Below are positions 10,088 to 19,947 of a DNA stretch of 64,000 bases, piece after piece. Position numbers and translations under genes: made by a program. The DNA is from Pseudomonas aeruginosa PAO1 (lineage in GTDB: Bacteria; Pseudomonadota; Gammaproteobacteria; Pseudomonadales; Pseudomonadaceae): the NCBI RefSeq assembly GCF_000006765.1, contig NC_002516.2; one strand, written 5' to 3'. The notes under the pieces are model-generated. The model saw nothing but the letters and a program-made list of their open reading frames with translations, searched no databases and was not told the origin of the DNA. Numbering within the stretch: the first letter of the stretch is position 1; the number at the start of each line of letters is the position of its first letter.

Positions 10088-10547
10088 GTTCCACGTCATC
10101 CTGTTTCAACCGGAGATACCTCCGAATACCGGCAACATTATCAGGCTCTGCGCCAACGCCGGATGCAGTCTGCACCTGATCGAGCCGCTCGGTTTCGAAC
10201 TGGACGACAAGCGCTTGCGCCGTGCCGGCCTCGACTACCACGAATACGCCAGCGTACGCCGCTACCCGTATCTGCAGAGCTGCCTCGAGGCCCTCGGCCA
10301 GCCACGCCTGTTCGCCTTCACCACCAAGGGGTCGCGGGCCTTCCACGAAGTGGCCTACCAGCGCGGCGATGCCTTCCTCTTCGGCCCGGAAAGCCGCGGA
10401 CTGCCGGAGGACGTGCGCAACGCCCTGCCAACCGATCGGCGCCTGCGCCTGCCGATGCGCGAAGGCTGCCGTAGCCTGAACCTGTCCAACACGGTGGCGG
10501 TGACCGTCTACGAAGCCTGGCGCCAGCTCGGCTTCGCCATGGACTGA
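10086..10547 (+). CDS. trmL: tRNA (cytidine/uridine-2'-O)-methyltransferase TrmL (SpoU family)
   Basis: MFHVILFQPEIPPNTGNIIRLCAN, FGPESRGLP, RSLNLSNTVAV. Confidence 0.95.
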   Translation: MFHVILFQPEIPPNTGNIIRLCANAGCSLHLIEPLGFELDDKRLRRAGLDYHEYASVRRYPYLQSCLEALGQPRLFAFTTKGSRAFHEVAYQRGDAFLFGPESRGLPEDVRNALPTDRRLRLPMREGCRSLNLSNTVAVTVYEAWRQLGFAMD

Positions 10548-10564
10548 GCCGGCCGACAGGCATG

Positions 10565-10592
10565 AAAAAGCCCGCGCAAGGCGGGCTTCTTC
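10565..10592. terminator. bidirectional terminator between trmL and secB
   Basis: AAAAAGCCCGC-GCAAG-GCGGGCTTCTT between convergent genes. Confidence 0.8.
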
Positions 10593-10605
10593 GCAAGCGC
10601 TGGGC

Positions 10606-11097
10606 TTACTGGACCGACGGCGTCGGGATCTCGCCGGAGGCCTGCATGCGGGCGATTTCCTGGGCGTAGAGGGCGTCGAAGTTCACCGGCGACAGCATCA
10701 GCGCCGGGAACGAACCGCGTACCACCAGGTTGTCCAGGGCTTCGCGAGCGTACGGGAAGAGGATGTTCGGGCAGAACGCGCCAAGGGTATGGCTCATGCT
10801 CGACGGATCGAGGTTCTTGATCAGGAAGATGCCGGCCTGCTGCACTTCGGCGATGAAGGCAGTGGTGTCCTCGCCGTTCTTCACGGTCACCGATACGGTC
10901 AGGACCACTTCGTAGAAGTCGCCGTCCAGCTGCTTCTGGCGAGTGTTCAGGTCCAGGCTGATGGACGGGTTCCATTCCTGGCGGAAGATTTCCGGTGACT
11001 TCGGCGACTCGAACGACAGGTCGCGCAGGTAGATGCGCTGCAGGGAGAACTGGGGTTGCTGCTCGTCGGCAGCGCCGTTGGTAGCTTGCTCGGTCAT
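10606..11097 (-). CDS. secB: protein export chaperone SecB
   Basis: [35 protein letters not shown]. Confidence 0.98.
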   Translation of the reverse strand: MTEQATNGAADEQQPQFSLQRIYLRDLSFESPKSPEIFRQEWNPSISLDLNTRQKQLDGDFYEVVLTVSVTVKNGEDTTAFIAEVQQAGIFLIKNLDPSSMSHTLGAFCPNILFPYAREALDNLVVRGSFPALMLSPVNFDALYAQEIARMQASGEIPTPSVQ

Positions 11098-11133
11098 TTT
11101 CGGGCCTTCCCTTGGGTCAATTCATGAATGGTT

Positions 11134-11388
11134 TCAGGCAGACAGCAGCGCGTCCAGCTTGCCGGCGCGCTCCAGTGCATGAAGGTCGTCGCAGCCGCCG
11201 ACATGGGTCTCGCCGATCCAGATCTGCGGCACGGTGGTCGATCCCGCCTTGCGTGCCAGCTCGGCGCGCAGTTCGGGCTTGCCGTCGCAGGCGATCTCCT
11301 GGAAGTCCACGCCCTTGCGTTGCAGCAACTGCTTGGCGCGGATGCAGTACGGACACCAGGCGGTGGTGTAGATCACGACGGGCGGCAT
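11134..11388 (-). CDS. grxC: glutaredoxin 3
   Basis: CPYC active site, TVPQIWIG, HVGGCDDL. Confidence 0.96.
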   Translation of the reverse strand: MPPVVIYTTAWCPYCIRAKQLLQRKGVDFQEIACDGKPELRAELARKAGSTTVPQIWIGETHVGGCDDLHALERAGKLDALLSA

Positions 11389-11389
11389 G

Positions 11390-11809
11390 TCACTTCACCA
11401 GCGGCAGGTTGTCGCCGCGCCAGCTGCCGATCCCGCCGGACAGCTTGGCGGCGTTGAAGCCGGCCTTCTTCAGGACGCCGCCCCAGGTACCGGAGTGCTG
11501 GCCCATGGCGTCGACCAGGATGATGGTCTTGCCCTTGTACTTTTCCAGTTCGGTCATGCGGCTGTTCAGCTTGTCGGCCGGGATGTTCAGCGCGTCGACG
11601 ATGTGCCCGCTGGCGAACTCCTTGGCCGGACGGATATCCAGGACCACCGCCTGGTCGGCATTGACCAGCGCGGTCAGCTCGCGGGTCGACAGGCTCTTGC
11701 CGCCCTTGCGCAGCTCGTGCAGCAACAGCAGGACCAGCAGGACCAGCAGCGCCGCGACCAGCAGGTAGTGGTTGGTGGCGAACTCGATCAGACGGGAAAC
11801 GAATTGCAT
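11390..11809 (-). CDS. rhodanese-like membrane-anchored protein (YibN family)
   Basis: N-terminal TM segment, VLDIRPAKEFASGHI, LSGGIGSW; usual yibN-grxC-secB synteny. Confidence 0.9.
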   Translation of the reverse strand: MQFVSRLIEFATNHYLLVAALLVLLVLLLLHELRKGGKSLSTRELTALVNADQAVVLDIRPAKEFASGHIVDALNIPADKLNSRMTELEKYKGKTIILVDAMGQHSGTWGGVLKKAGFNAAKLSGGIGSWRGDNLPLVK

Positions 11810-12133
11810 GGTGACGGATATCCAGGGCGTAAAAATGCCGGCCAGTATACAGACCGCGCCGGCCAGGGGGGAACCCGCCGGGCGGCGCCCCGCTCGGCTC
11901 CAGGAAATGGCGTCGCGGGAAACTTCACGGTTAGAATGCCGGTCCTTTTCTGTGAAGCTGGCCAGTTCCGGCCCGGGCACGGTTCGGGCGGGACAGAGGG
12001 AGCGAGGATAGCGGCATTCGGTTGCGGATCGGCGTCATCGGTTTAATCAATCAGCCTCTTCCTACGTCTTGAACGACAATGTTCCCACTAAATTTGGTCA
12101 GTTTCTGAACCCCGCGGAAATAGAGCCGGACAT

Positions 12134-13681
12134 ATGACTGCCACGCCCAAACCCCTGGTCCTGATCATCCTGGACGGCTTCGGCCACAGCGAAAGCCCTG
12201 ACTACAACGCCATCTACGCCGCGAAGAAGCCGGTCTGGGATCGCCTCCTGGCAACCCAGCCGCACGGCCTGATCTCAGGCTCCGGCATGGACGTCGGCCT
12301 GCCCGACGGCCAGATGGGCAATTCCGAGGTCGGCCACATGAACCTCGGCGCAGGCCGCGTGGTGTACCAGGACTTCACCCGCGTCACCAAGGCCATCCGC
12401 GACGGCGAATTCTTCGAAAACCCGGTGATCGCCGGCGCGGTCGACAAGGCCGTCGCCGCCGACAAGGCGGTGCACATCCTCGGCCTGCTCTCCCCGGGCG
12501 GCGTACACAGCCATGAAGACCACCTGGTGGCAATGGCGCAGATGGCCGCCAGGCGCGGCGCCGGCAAGATCTACCTGCATGCCTTCCTGGATGGCCGCGA
12601 TACCCCGCCGAAAAGCGCGCAGCCGTCGCTGGAGCGTCTCGACGCCACCTTCGCCGGGCTCGGCAAGGGCCGCATCGCCTCGATCATCGGCCGCTATTTC
12701 GCGATGGACCGCGACAACCGCTGGGACCGCGTCCAGGCCGCCTATGAACTGATCGTCGACGGCAAGGCCGAGTTCACCGCCGACTCCTCGGTGGCAGCCC
12801 TCGAGGCCGCCTACGCCCGCGGCGAGAGCGACGAATTCGTCAAGGCCACCGCGGTGGTCCCGGCCGGCGCCGAAGCGGTGCGGGTCGAGGATGGCGACGC
12901 GGTGATCTTCATGAACTTCCGCGCCGACCGCGCCCGCGAGCTGAGCCGCGCCTTCGTCGAGCCGGCATTCAATGAGTTCCCCCGCGAACGAGCCCCGCAG
13001 CTGGCAGGTTTCGTCATGCTGACCCAGTACGCGGCGAGCATCCCGGCGCCCTGCGCCTTCCCGCCGGAGCCGCTGACCAACGTCCTCGGCGAGTACCTGG
13101 CCAAGCATGGCAAGACCCAGCTGCGCATCGCCGAGACCGAGAAGTACGCCCATGTGACCTTCTTCTTCTCCGGCGGCCGCGAGGAACCCTACGAGGGCGA
13201 GGAGCGCATCCTGATCCCCTCGCCGAAGGTCGCCACCTACGACCTGCAACCCGAGATGAGCGCGCCGGAAGTCACCGACCGTATCGTCGAGGCCATCGAG
13301 CAACAGCGCTACGACGTGATCGTGGTCAACTACGCCAACGGCGACATGGTCGGCCACACCGGGGTGTTCGAGGCCGCGGTCAAGGCCGTGGAGTGCCTGG
13401 ACACCTGCATGGGCCGTATCGTCGAGGCGCTGGACAAGGTCGGCGGCGAAGCCCTGATCACCGCCGACCACGGCAATGTCGAGCAGATGGAAGACGAGTC
13501 CACCGGCCAGGCGCACACCGCGCACACCTGCGAACCGGTGCCCTTCGTCTACGTCGGCAAGCGCAAGCTGAGCATCCGCGAAGGCGGCGTGCTGGCCGAC
13601 GTGGCGCCGACCATGCTGACCCTCATGGGGCTGGAGCAGCCGGCGGAAATGACCGGTCGCAGCATCGTCACCCTCGGCTGA
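12134..13681 (+). CDS. gpmI: 2,3-bisphosphoglycerate-independent phosphoglycerate mutase
   Basis: [37 protein letters not shown]. Confidence 0.98.
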   Translation: MTATPKPLVLIILDGFGHSESPDYNAIYAAKKPVWDRLLATQPHGLISGSGMDVGLPDGQMGNSEVGHMNLGAGRVVYQDFTRVTKAIRDGEFFENPVIAGAVDKAVAADKAVHILGLLSPGGVHSHEDHLVAMAQMAARRGAGKIYLHAFLDGRDTPPKSAQPSLERLDATFAGLGKGRIASIIGRYFAMDRDNRWDRVQAAYELIVDGKAEFTADSSVAALEAAYARGESDEFVKATAVVPAGAEAVRVEDGDAVIFMNFRADRARELSRAFVEPAFNEFPRERAPQLAGFVMLTQYAASIPAPCAFPPEPLTNVLGEYLAKHGKTQLRIAETEKYAHVTFFFSGGREEPYEGEERILIPSPKVATYDLQPEMSAPEVTDRIVEAIEQQRYDVIVVNYANGDMVGHTGVFEAAVKAVECLDTCMGRIVEALDKVGGEALITADHGNVEQMEDESTGQAHTAHTCEPVPFVYVGKRKLSIREGGVLADVAPTMLTLMGLEQPAEMTGRSIVTLG

Positions 13682-13703
13682 TCCGCGAACGACGAACTCC
13701 CGC

Positions 13704-13782
13704 GCAGGGCGGATAACCGCGTCGCGGTTATCCGCCGCTTCTGCAGGCCATCGACGGATAACGCCTGCGACGTTATCCGCCG
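13704..13782. repeat. pair of degenerate REP elements
   Basis: GCAGGGCGGATAACCGCGTCGCGGTTATCCGCCG (13704-13737) and CGGATAACG..CGTTATCCGCCG (13755-13782); same family as 8945-9123. Confidence 0.8.
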
Positions 13783-13994
13783 TAGCGGGCCGGGCGCCGC
13801 GCCCTGTTTCCACGACGCCACCTTCCCCGCTTTAACGCTGCCGATCGGCCGACAGGCCTGGCCACGCGGCGTCGAGACGTGTGCCGCGGTTTTCATTTTC
13901 CGCGTCTCCCCCCCTGCCTCCCGCTACGTCGCCGAGGCCCGTGCTAGCCTTGCCCGCGCTGTCTTTTCCATCTGCCCTACAAGGATTTCCGCCG

Positions 13995-14813
13995 ATGTGG
14001 TTCCTCCTCGCCACCTCGCTCCTCGCCCTGTCCTTCCAGCGCCTGCTGGCCCTCGTCTTGCTGCTCGCGACCTGCTGCCTCGCCTTCTACGACGGGGTTC
14101 TCGCTCCGCCTGCGGTCGCCGCCCTGGCTGCACTGGGCGTCCTCGCCCTGTTGCGCCGGCGCCTGGCGGCACGCCGCGCCTGGGCCCTGGGCCTGGAGCT
14201 GCTGCTGGTCGCCGGCGCGGTGGGCCTGTTCCTGCACCTGCTACCCGGCTTCGCCAACCCCAGTATCCTGGACAAGGCGGTGGTCGGCCCGCAGAGCCTG
14301 CCGTTCACCATGTACTTCAACTTCGACAAGGCACTGGTGCCGTTCCTGCTACTGGCCTGCCTGCCGAGCCTGTTCCGCGACGAAGCCCGCGCTCCCGGCC
14401 GCCCCTGGCACTGGCTGCTGCTCGTGGCGGCGGTGCCGGCGCTGCTTCTGCTGGCTGTCGGCGTCGGCCTGCTGCGGCCGGAACTCCACGCGCCGGCCTG
14501 GCTCTGGCAGTTCATCCTGGCCAACCTGTTCTTCGTTTCCCTTGCCGAGGAAGCGCTGTTCCGCGGCTACCTGCAGCAACGCCTGGGCCAATGGCTGGGC
14601 CCCTGGCCCGCCCTGGCGCTGGCCTCGGCGCTGTTCGGCCTGGCGCACTTCGCCGGCGGCCCGCTGCTGATGCTGTTCGCCGGCCTCGCCGGGCTGATCT
14701 ACGGGTTGGCCTGGCTGTGGAGCGGCCGCCTGTGGGTGGCGACGCTGTTCCACTTCGGGCTGAACCTGACGCATCTGCTGCTGTTCACCTACCCGCTCTA
14801 CAGACCCGCCTGA
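13995..14813 (+). CDS. CPBP (Abi/CAAX protease-like) intramembrane metalloprotease
   Basis: Multi-TM; AEEALFRGYLQ, LFGLAH and HFGLN motifs. Confidence 0.9.
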   Translation: MWFLLATSLLALSFQRLLALVLLLATCCLAFYDGVLAPPAVAALAALGVLALLRRRLAARRAWALGLELLLVAGAVGLFLHLLPGFANPSILDKAVVGPQSLPFTMYFNFDKALVPFLLLACLPSLFRDEARAPGRPWHWLLLVAAVPALLLLAVGVGLLRPELHAPAWLWQFILANLFFVSLAEEALFRGYLQQRLGQWLGPWPALALASALFGLAHFAGGPLLMLFAGLAGLIYGLAWLWSGRLWVATLFHFGLNLTHLLLFTYPLYRPA

Positions 14814-14874
14814 TGCCCGTGGCCTTCGTCGTCGACGACATCCGCCGCTGCCATCCGGCTGAAATACGTGGAAG

Positions 14875-14908
14875 CGCCCCACAGCGCGCGGTGCGGGGCG
14901 TTTTTTTT
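14875..14908 (+). terminator. possible intrinsic terminator upstream of envC
   Basis: CGCCCC...GGGGCG followed by T8. Confidence 0.5.
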
Positions 14909-14962
14909 AACGGCGGCCACGGGCATACTAGGCCGGTCCAATTCCCAGGTGCCCGCCACCCC

Positions 14963-16249
14963 ATGCTCCGCCTCCTTCCTCTCCTGCTATCCCTCGCCTG
15001 TCTCGCTCCGGCCTTCGCCGACGAGCGCGCCGACACCCAACGCCAGCTGGAACAGACGCAGAAGGACATCGGCGAGCTGAAGAAGCTGCTGGACGGCATC
15101 CAGCAGGAAAAGAGCGGCGTGCAGAAGCAGCTGAAGTCCACCGAGACCGAGATGGGCGACCTGGAAAAACAGATCAAGGCCCTGCAGGACGAGCTGGACA
15201 AGAGCGAAGCCGAGCTGAAACGGCTGGATGGGGAGAAAAAAAAACTCCAGGACGCGCGCATTGAGCAGCAGCGCCTCCTCGCCATCCAGGCCCGCGCGGC
15301 CTACCAGAGTGGACGCGAGGAATACCTGAAGCTGCTGCTGAACCAGGAACACCCGGAAAAATTCAGCCGCACCCTCACCTACTACGACTACATCAACAAA
15401 GCCCGTCTCGAACAGCTCGCCAGCTTCAACGAAACCCTCCGCCAGCTGGCCAACGTCGAGCAGGACATCTCTGCGCAGAAAGCCGAACAACTGAGCAAGC
15501 AAGGCGAGCTGGACAGCCGCCGCGAGGCGCTGGCAGCGACCCGCAAGGAGCGCCAGCAAGCCCTGGCCAAGCTGAACAGCGACTACCGCGAACGCGACCA
15601 GAAGCTCAAGTCCCGCCAACAGGACCAGGCCGAGCTGGCCAAGGTACTGCGGACCATCGAGGAAACCCTGGCCCGCCAGGCCCGCGAAGCCGCCGCCGCG
15701 GCGGAGCGCGAGCGCCAGCGCGCGCTGGCCGCCGAACGCGAGCGTGCGCGCCAGCAGCAGGCCGCCCCCGGACGAGTCACCAGCCCGCCGCGCGAACCTG
15801 CGCCGGGCCCGCTGGTCTCAAGCACTGGCGCGGTCTACGGCGGCGCGTTCGGCTCGGCCCGCGGCAAGCTGCCGTGGCCGGTGAATGGCCGCGTCGTGGC
15901 GCGCTTCGGCAGCCAGCGCGGCGACGATCCGCGGGCGAAATGGGACGGCGTACTGATTTCGGCGAGCGCCGGCAGCACCGTCCGCGCGGTGCACGGCGGA
16001 CGCGTGGTATTCGCCGACTGGTTGCGCGGAGCCGGCCTGTTGGTCATCCTCGACCACGGTGGCGGCTACCTCAGCCTTTATGGCCATAATCAAAGCCTGC
16101 TGAAAGACGCCGGCGACACCGTGAAGGCCGGAGACCCGATCGCCACCGTTGGAACCAGCGGCGGCCAGAGTAGCCCGGCCGTGTACTTCGCCATTCGCCA
16201 TCAGGGCCGCCCGGCGGACCCTACTACCTGGTGCCGCGCACAGGGATAG
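14963..16249 (+). CDS. envC: murein hydrolase activator EnvC (coiled coil plus M23 domain)
   Basis: Signal peptide, long coiled coil, LPWPVNG..., YLSLYGHNQ, degenerate LytM domain. Confidence 0.95.
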   Translation: MLRLLPLLLSLACLAPAFADERADTQRQLEQTQKDIGELKKLLDGIQQEKSGVQKQLKSTETEMGDLEKQIKALQDELDKSEAELKRLDGEKKKLQDARIEQQRLLAIQARAAYQSGREEYLKLLLNQEHPEKFSRTLTYYDYINKARLEQLASFNETLRQLANVEQDISAQKAEQLSKQGELDSRREALAATRKERQQALAKLNSDYRERDQKLKSRQQDQAELAKVLRTIEETLARQAREAAAAAERERQRALAAERERARQQQAAPGRVTSPPREPAPGPLVSSTGAVYGGAFGSARGKLPWPVNGRVVARFGSQRGDDPRAKWDGVLISASAGSTVRAVHGGRVVFADWLRGAGLLVILDHGGGYLSLYGHNQSLLKDAGDTVKAGDPIATVGTSGGQSSPAVYFAIRHQGRPADPTTWCRAQG

Positions 16250-16277
16250 GCGCCGAACTCGTGATTAGGAGCTGAAC

Positions 16278-17588
16278 ATGCTGCATTGCTTCCGTCCCAC
16301 CACCCTGGCGCTGGCCCTGCTGCTCGGCGCGGGCGCGGCCCAGGCTGCCGACGCCCCGGCCGACGCCGCGCCACTGGCCAACGGTAGCAGTGCCCCGCTG
16401 CCCCTCGACGAGCTGCGTACCTTCGCCGAGGTTCTCGACCGGGTGAAGGCCGCCTATGTCGAGCCAGTGGACGACAAGACCCTGCTGGAAAACGCCATCA
16501 AGGGCATGCTCAGCAACCTCGACCCGCACTCCGCCTACCTCGGCCCGGAGGACTTCGCCGAGCTGCAGGAAAGCACCAGCGGCGAGTTCGGCGGTCTGGG
16601 CATCGAGGTCGGCAGCGAAGACGGCTTCATCAAGGTGGTCTCGCCGATCGACGACACCCCCGCGGCCCGCGCCGGCATCCAGCCCGGCGACCTGATCGTG
16701 CAGATCGACGGCAAGCCGACCAAGGGCCAGTCGATGACCGAAGCGGTCGACAGCATGCGCGGCAAGGCCGGCTCCCCGATCACCCTGACCATCGTCCGCG
16801 ATGGCGGCAGACCGTTCGACGTCGAACTCAAGCGCGCCATCATCAAGGTCAAGAGCGTCAAGAGCCAGGTCCTCGAACCCGGCTACGCCTACCTGCGCAT
16901 CACCCAGTTCCAGGTCAACACCGGCGAGGAAGTGGTCAAGGCGCTGAACCAGCTGCGCAAGGACAACAAGGGCCGTCTCAAGGGCCTGGTCCTGGACCTG
17001 CGCAACAACCCCGGCGGCGTGCTGCAGTCCGCCGTCGAGGTAGCCGACGCCTTCCTCACCAAGGGCCTGATCGTCTACACCAAGGGCCGCATCGCCAACT
17101 CCGAGCTGCGCTTCAGCGCCGACCCGGCCGATCCCAGCGACAAGGTTCCGCTGGTGGTACTGATCAACGGTGGCAGCGCCTCGGCGGCGGAAATCGTCGC
17201 CGGTGCCCTGCAGGACCAGAAGCGCGCGATCCTGATGGGCACCGACAGCTTCGGCAAGGGCTCGGTGCAGACCGTGCTGCCGCTGAACAACGACCGCGCC
17301 CTGAAGCTCACCACCGCGCTCTACTACACCCCCAACGGGCGCTCCATCCAGGCCCAGGGCATCGTTCCGGACATCGAGGTCGGACGCGCCAAGGTGACCC
17401 AGGAGCGGAGCAGCTTCGAGGGCTTCAAGGAAGCCGACCTGCAGGGCCACCTGGCCAACGGCAACGGCGGCGCCGACCGCCCCACCGGCAAGCGTGCCGC
17501 GCCGAGCGAGCGCCCGCAGGATTCCGACTACCAGCTCAGCCAGGCCCTTAGCCTGCTGAAAGGCCTGAGCGTCACCCGCGGCAACTGA
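16278..17588 (+). CDS. ctpA: carboxyl-terminal processing protease CtpA (S41)
   Basis: PDZ domain, LDLRNNPGG, SASAAEIVAGALQD, SFGKGSVQ. Confidence 0.96.
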   Translation: MLHCFRPTTLALALLLGAGAAQAADAPADAAPLANGSSAPLPLDELRTFAEVLDRVKAAYVEPVDDKTLLENAIKGMLSNLDPHSAYLGPEDFAELQESTSGEFGGLGIEVGSEDGFIKVVSPIDDTPAARAGIQPGDLIVQIDGKPTKGQSMTEAVDSMRGKAGSPITLTIVRDGGRPFDVELKRAIIKVKSVKSQVLEPGYAYLRITQFQVNTGEEVVKALNQLRKDNKGRLKGLVLDLRNNPGGVLQSAVEVADAFLTKGLIVYTKGRIANSELRFSADPADPSDKVPLVVLINGGSASAAEIVAGALQDQKRAILMGTDSFGKGSVQTVLPLNNDRALKLTTALYYTPNGRSIQAQGIVPDIEVGRAKVTQERSSFEGFKEADLQGHLANGNGGADRPTGKRAAPSERPQDSDYQLSQALSLLKGLSVTRGN

Positions 17589-18361
17589 TGTCGGCGTTCC
17601 GCGTTGCCCTGCTGGGCCTGTGCCTGCTGTTCAACCAGGCCCAGGCCCGCCAGGACCCCGTCCCCTACCAGCGCCCGCCGCTGCTGACCGTGGTCATCGA
17701 TGACCTCGGGCAGAACCTGGCGCGCGACCGCCGGGTCCTCGACCTGCCCCCCGGCGTAACCCTGGCGATCATCCCGGAAACCCCGCATGCCGCCGAACTG
17801 GCCCGCGAGGCGCACCAGCGCGGGCGCACGGTGATCCTGCACATGCCGATGGACCCAGCCGGCGGTCCCTACGCCTGGCGGCCGGAGCTGACCCAGGAAG
17901 AGCGTGCGCGGCGGCTGGACGCGGCGCTGGCCAAGGTGCCGTTCGTGCAGGGCCTGAACAACCACGAGGGCAGCCGCATGACCGCGGTGCGCCCGGCGAT
18001 GGCCTGGCTCGCCGAGGAACTCCAGCGTCGCGGCCTGTACCTGGTCGACAGCCGCACCAGCGCCGCCACCGTGGCCGCCAGCGAGGCGCAGCGGATCGGC
18101 CTGGCGAGCGTCTCGCGCGATGTGTTCCTCGACAACGAAGCCACACCGGAAGCGGTCTCCGCACAACTGCAGGCCGGCGTCGCCCTGGCCCGCAAGCAGG
18201 GTTCGGCGTTGCTCATCGGCCACCCGCACAAGGCCACCCTCGACGTGCTGGCGCGGGAGCTGCCGAAGCTGCGCGCCCAGGGCATCGAGCTGGTACCGCC
18301 GCAGATGCTCATCGGCGAGCGCGGCAACCGCAACGTCAACCCACGCCAGGCGCCGCACTGA
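17588..18361 (+). CDS. divergent polysaccharide deacetylase family (YibQ-like)
   Basis: VVIDDLG, ILHMPMDP, LNNHEGS, RDVFLDN, LIGHP. Confidence 0.9.
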   Translation: MSAFRVALLGLCLLFNQAQARQDPVPYQRPPLLTVVIDDLGQNLARDRRVLDLPPGVTLAIIPETPHAAELAREAHQRGRTVILHMPMDPAGGPYAWRPELTQEERARRLDAALAKVPFVQGLNNHEGSRMTAVRPAMAWLAEELQRRGLYLVDSRTSAATVAASEAQRIGLASVSRDVFLDNEATPEAVSAQLQAGVALARKQGSALLIGHPHKATLDVLARELPKLRAQGIELVPPQMLIGERGNRNVNPRQAPH

Positions 18362-18429
18362 ACCCGGGTTTACCGGCGTCGCGGCAGCGGTTAAGGTGAC
18401 GCCCTCGTCATTCCTGCACGGACGCACCG

Positions 18430-19911
18430 ATGGCCCGCCCTTCCCCTCCCATGCCCCTGCTCGCCGCCGCCCTGCTGGTCGCTGGCGCGATTCCCCTCGG
18501 TTTCATCTGGATCCTCACCAGCGCCAAGTTCGAGATAGGCGGCGCCAGCCCCGGCGAGAGCACCGTCGGCAAGGTCGAGAACATCGACCAGCGCGCCATG
18601 GAGCAATTCTGCACCGGCGTGCGGGCGACGCCCGCCGGCACCTGGCTGGTAGGCCGGCGCGAGGTCGGCCGCGACGAGCAGGCACTGCCCGAGGGCGTCA
18701 TCGACCTGGACCTGGTGGCGGCCGCCCAGCCCAGGGAAGAAGAGTCCGAACCCCACCTCTTCAACTTCCTCAACGGCATGCTGCTATCCGGCGGCGATCC
18801 GGAAACCACCTATGTCTCGCGCCTGGGCGCGGACGGCGTGTTCCACGAAGTGGCGCGGCTCGGCGAGACCGCCTGCCTGGAAGTCACGCCGGACGGTTCC
18901 AGCGTCTTCCTGCTCACCGGCCTGCGGCGCCCGGGCAAGGACAACGGTCAGCGCGAGCAGACAGTGGTGCTGCGCAGCGACGACCAGGGCAAGAGCTGGC
19001 GGCGGCTCGAGGAAGGCTTCATGGCCGAGGCGAATCGACTGGGCTGGGCTCTCGCACCGCGCTTCCACGGCAAGGACGAAGTCTGGGTCTGGGGTGATTT
19101 CGAATACGGCGGTGCCGATGGCGGCCGGGAACCCGGCCAGCCGAGCGGGCTGTTCTATTCGCCCGACCGCGGCGCCAGCGTCGAGTCGATCGCCACCTCC
19201 GCGCCGCTGCTGGTCGACCTCGCCTACGCCCGCGAGTTGGCGCCGAACGGCGTCAGCTGGGGCGATTACAACGGCAAGCACGGGCAGATCAAGGCACACG
19301 TCGCCCAACTGGACGCGGAGCGCGCCGCGATCTGGGTAAGCCAGACCTTCCGCTATGGCCCGCCCGAAGGGCGCTACCTGACCAGCTCGGTATTGGTCAC
19401 CACCCAGGCCGAACTGCGCCGCGAGGGCGGACGCTGGCAGATGGGCGCGATCCGGCGCACCGACGGCGTGGCCGTCGAGCGCCTGGAACAGAACATGGAC
19501 GGTCGGGTGATCGCAGTGCTCGACCACCCGGACGAATCGCGCTCGCTGATCGCCGAGCTCGATCGCGAAGCGCTCGAATGGAAGATCACCGGCAAGCTGC
19601 CCAGCCCGTTCTGGCCCCTGCCGTCCAGTTCCGGGCTGCGCGAGTTCTACATGGGCAGGAATGTGCTGCTGGCCAACACCATGAACCACTACGAAGTGCC
19701 GCTGTGGCTGTATCCCGACGAAGAGCCGGCGAGCGTCTCCGCCAACGCGGTGTACTACTCGGACGACTGGGGCTCATCCTGGCGCCGCCTGGACATCGCC
19801 GGCTACCTCGGCGTGCTCGGTTTCGACGAGGCGCACGACCGGGTGTTCTGGGCCCGCGGCAACTGGTACGACAGCCGCGACCTCGGCGTCCAGGCCTACG
19901 ACCTGAACTGA
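18430..19911 (+). CDS. membrane-anchored Asp-box (BNR) beta-propeller-like hypothetical protein (PA5136-like)
   Basis: N-terminal TM segment; RSDDQGKSW, YSPDRGASV and YSDDWGSSW motifs. Confidence 0.8.
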   Translation: MARPSPPMPLLAAALLVAGAIPLGFIWILTSAKFEIGGASPGESTVGKVENIDQRAMEQFCTGVRATPAGTWLVGRREVGRDEQALPEGVIDLDLVAAAQPREEESEPHLFNFLNGMLLSGGDPETTYVSRLGADGVFHEVARLGETACLEVTPDGSSVFLLTGLRRPGKDNGQREQTVVLRSDDQGKSWRRLEEGFMAEANRLGWALAPRFHGKDEVWVWGDFEYGGADGGREPGQPSGLFYSPDRGASVESIATSAPLLVDLAYARELAPNGVSWGDYNGKHGQIKAHVAQLDAERAAIWVSQTFRYGPPEGRYLTSSVLVTTQAELRREGGRWQMGAIRRTDGVAVERLEQNMDGRVIAVLDHPDESRSLIAELDREALEWKITGKLPSPFWPLPSSSGLREFYMGRNVLLANTMNHYEVPLWLYPDEEPASVSANAVYYSDDWGSSWRRLDIAGYLGVLGFDEAHDRVFWARGNWYDSRDLGVQAYDLN

Positions 19912-19947
19912 GCCCCCTCGCCGCGCCGGCGGAGGGGCGCCCGCCAG

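Noticed and set aside
13997-14962. Apparent N-terminal extension of EnvC (750-aa ORF)
   Set aside because: Off-frame overlap with the CPBP gene; the real signal peptide starts at 14963
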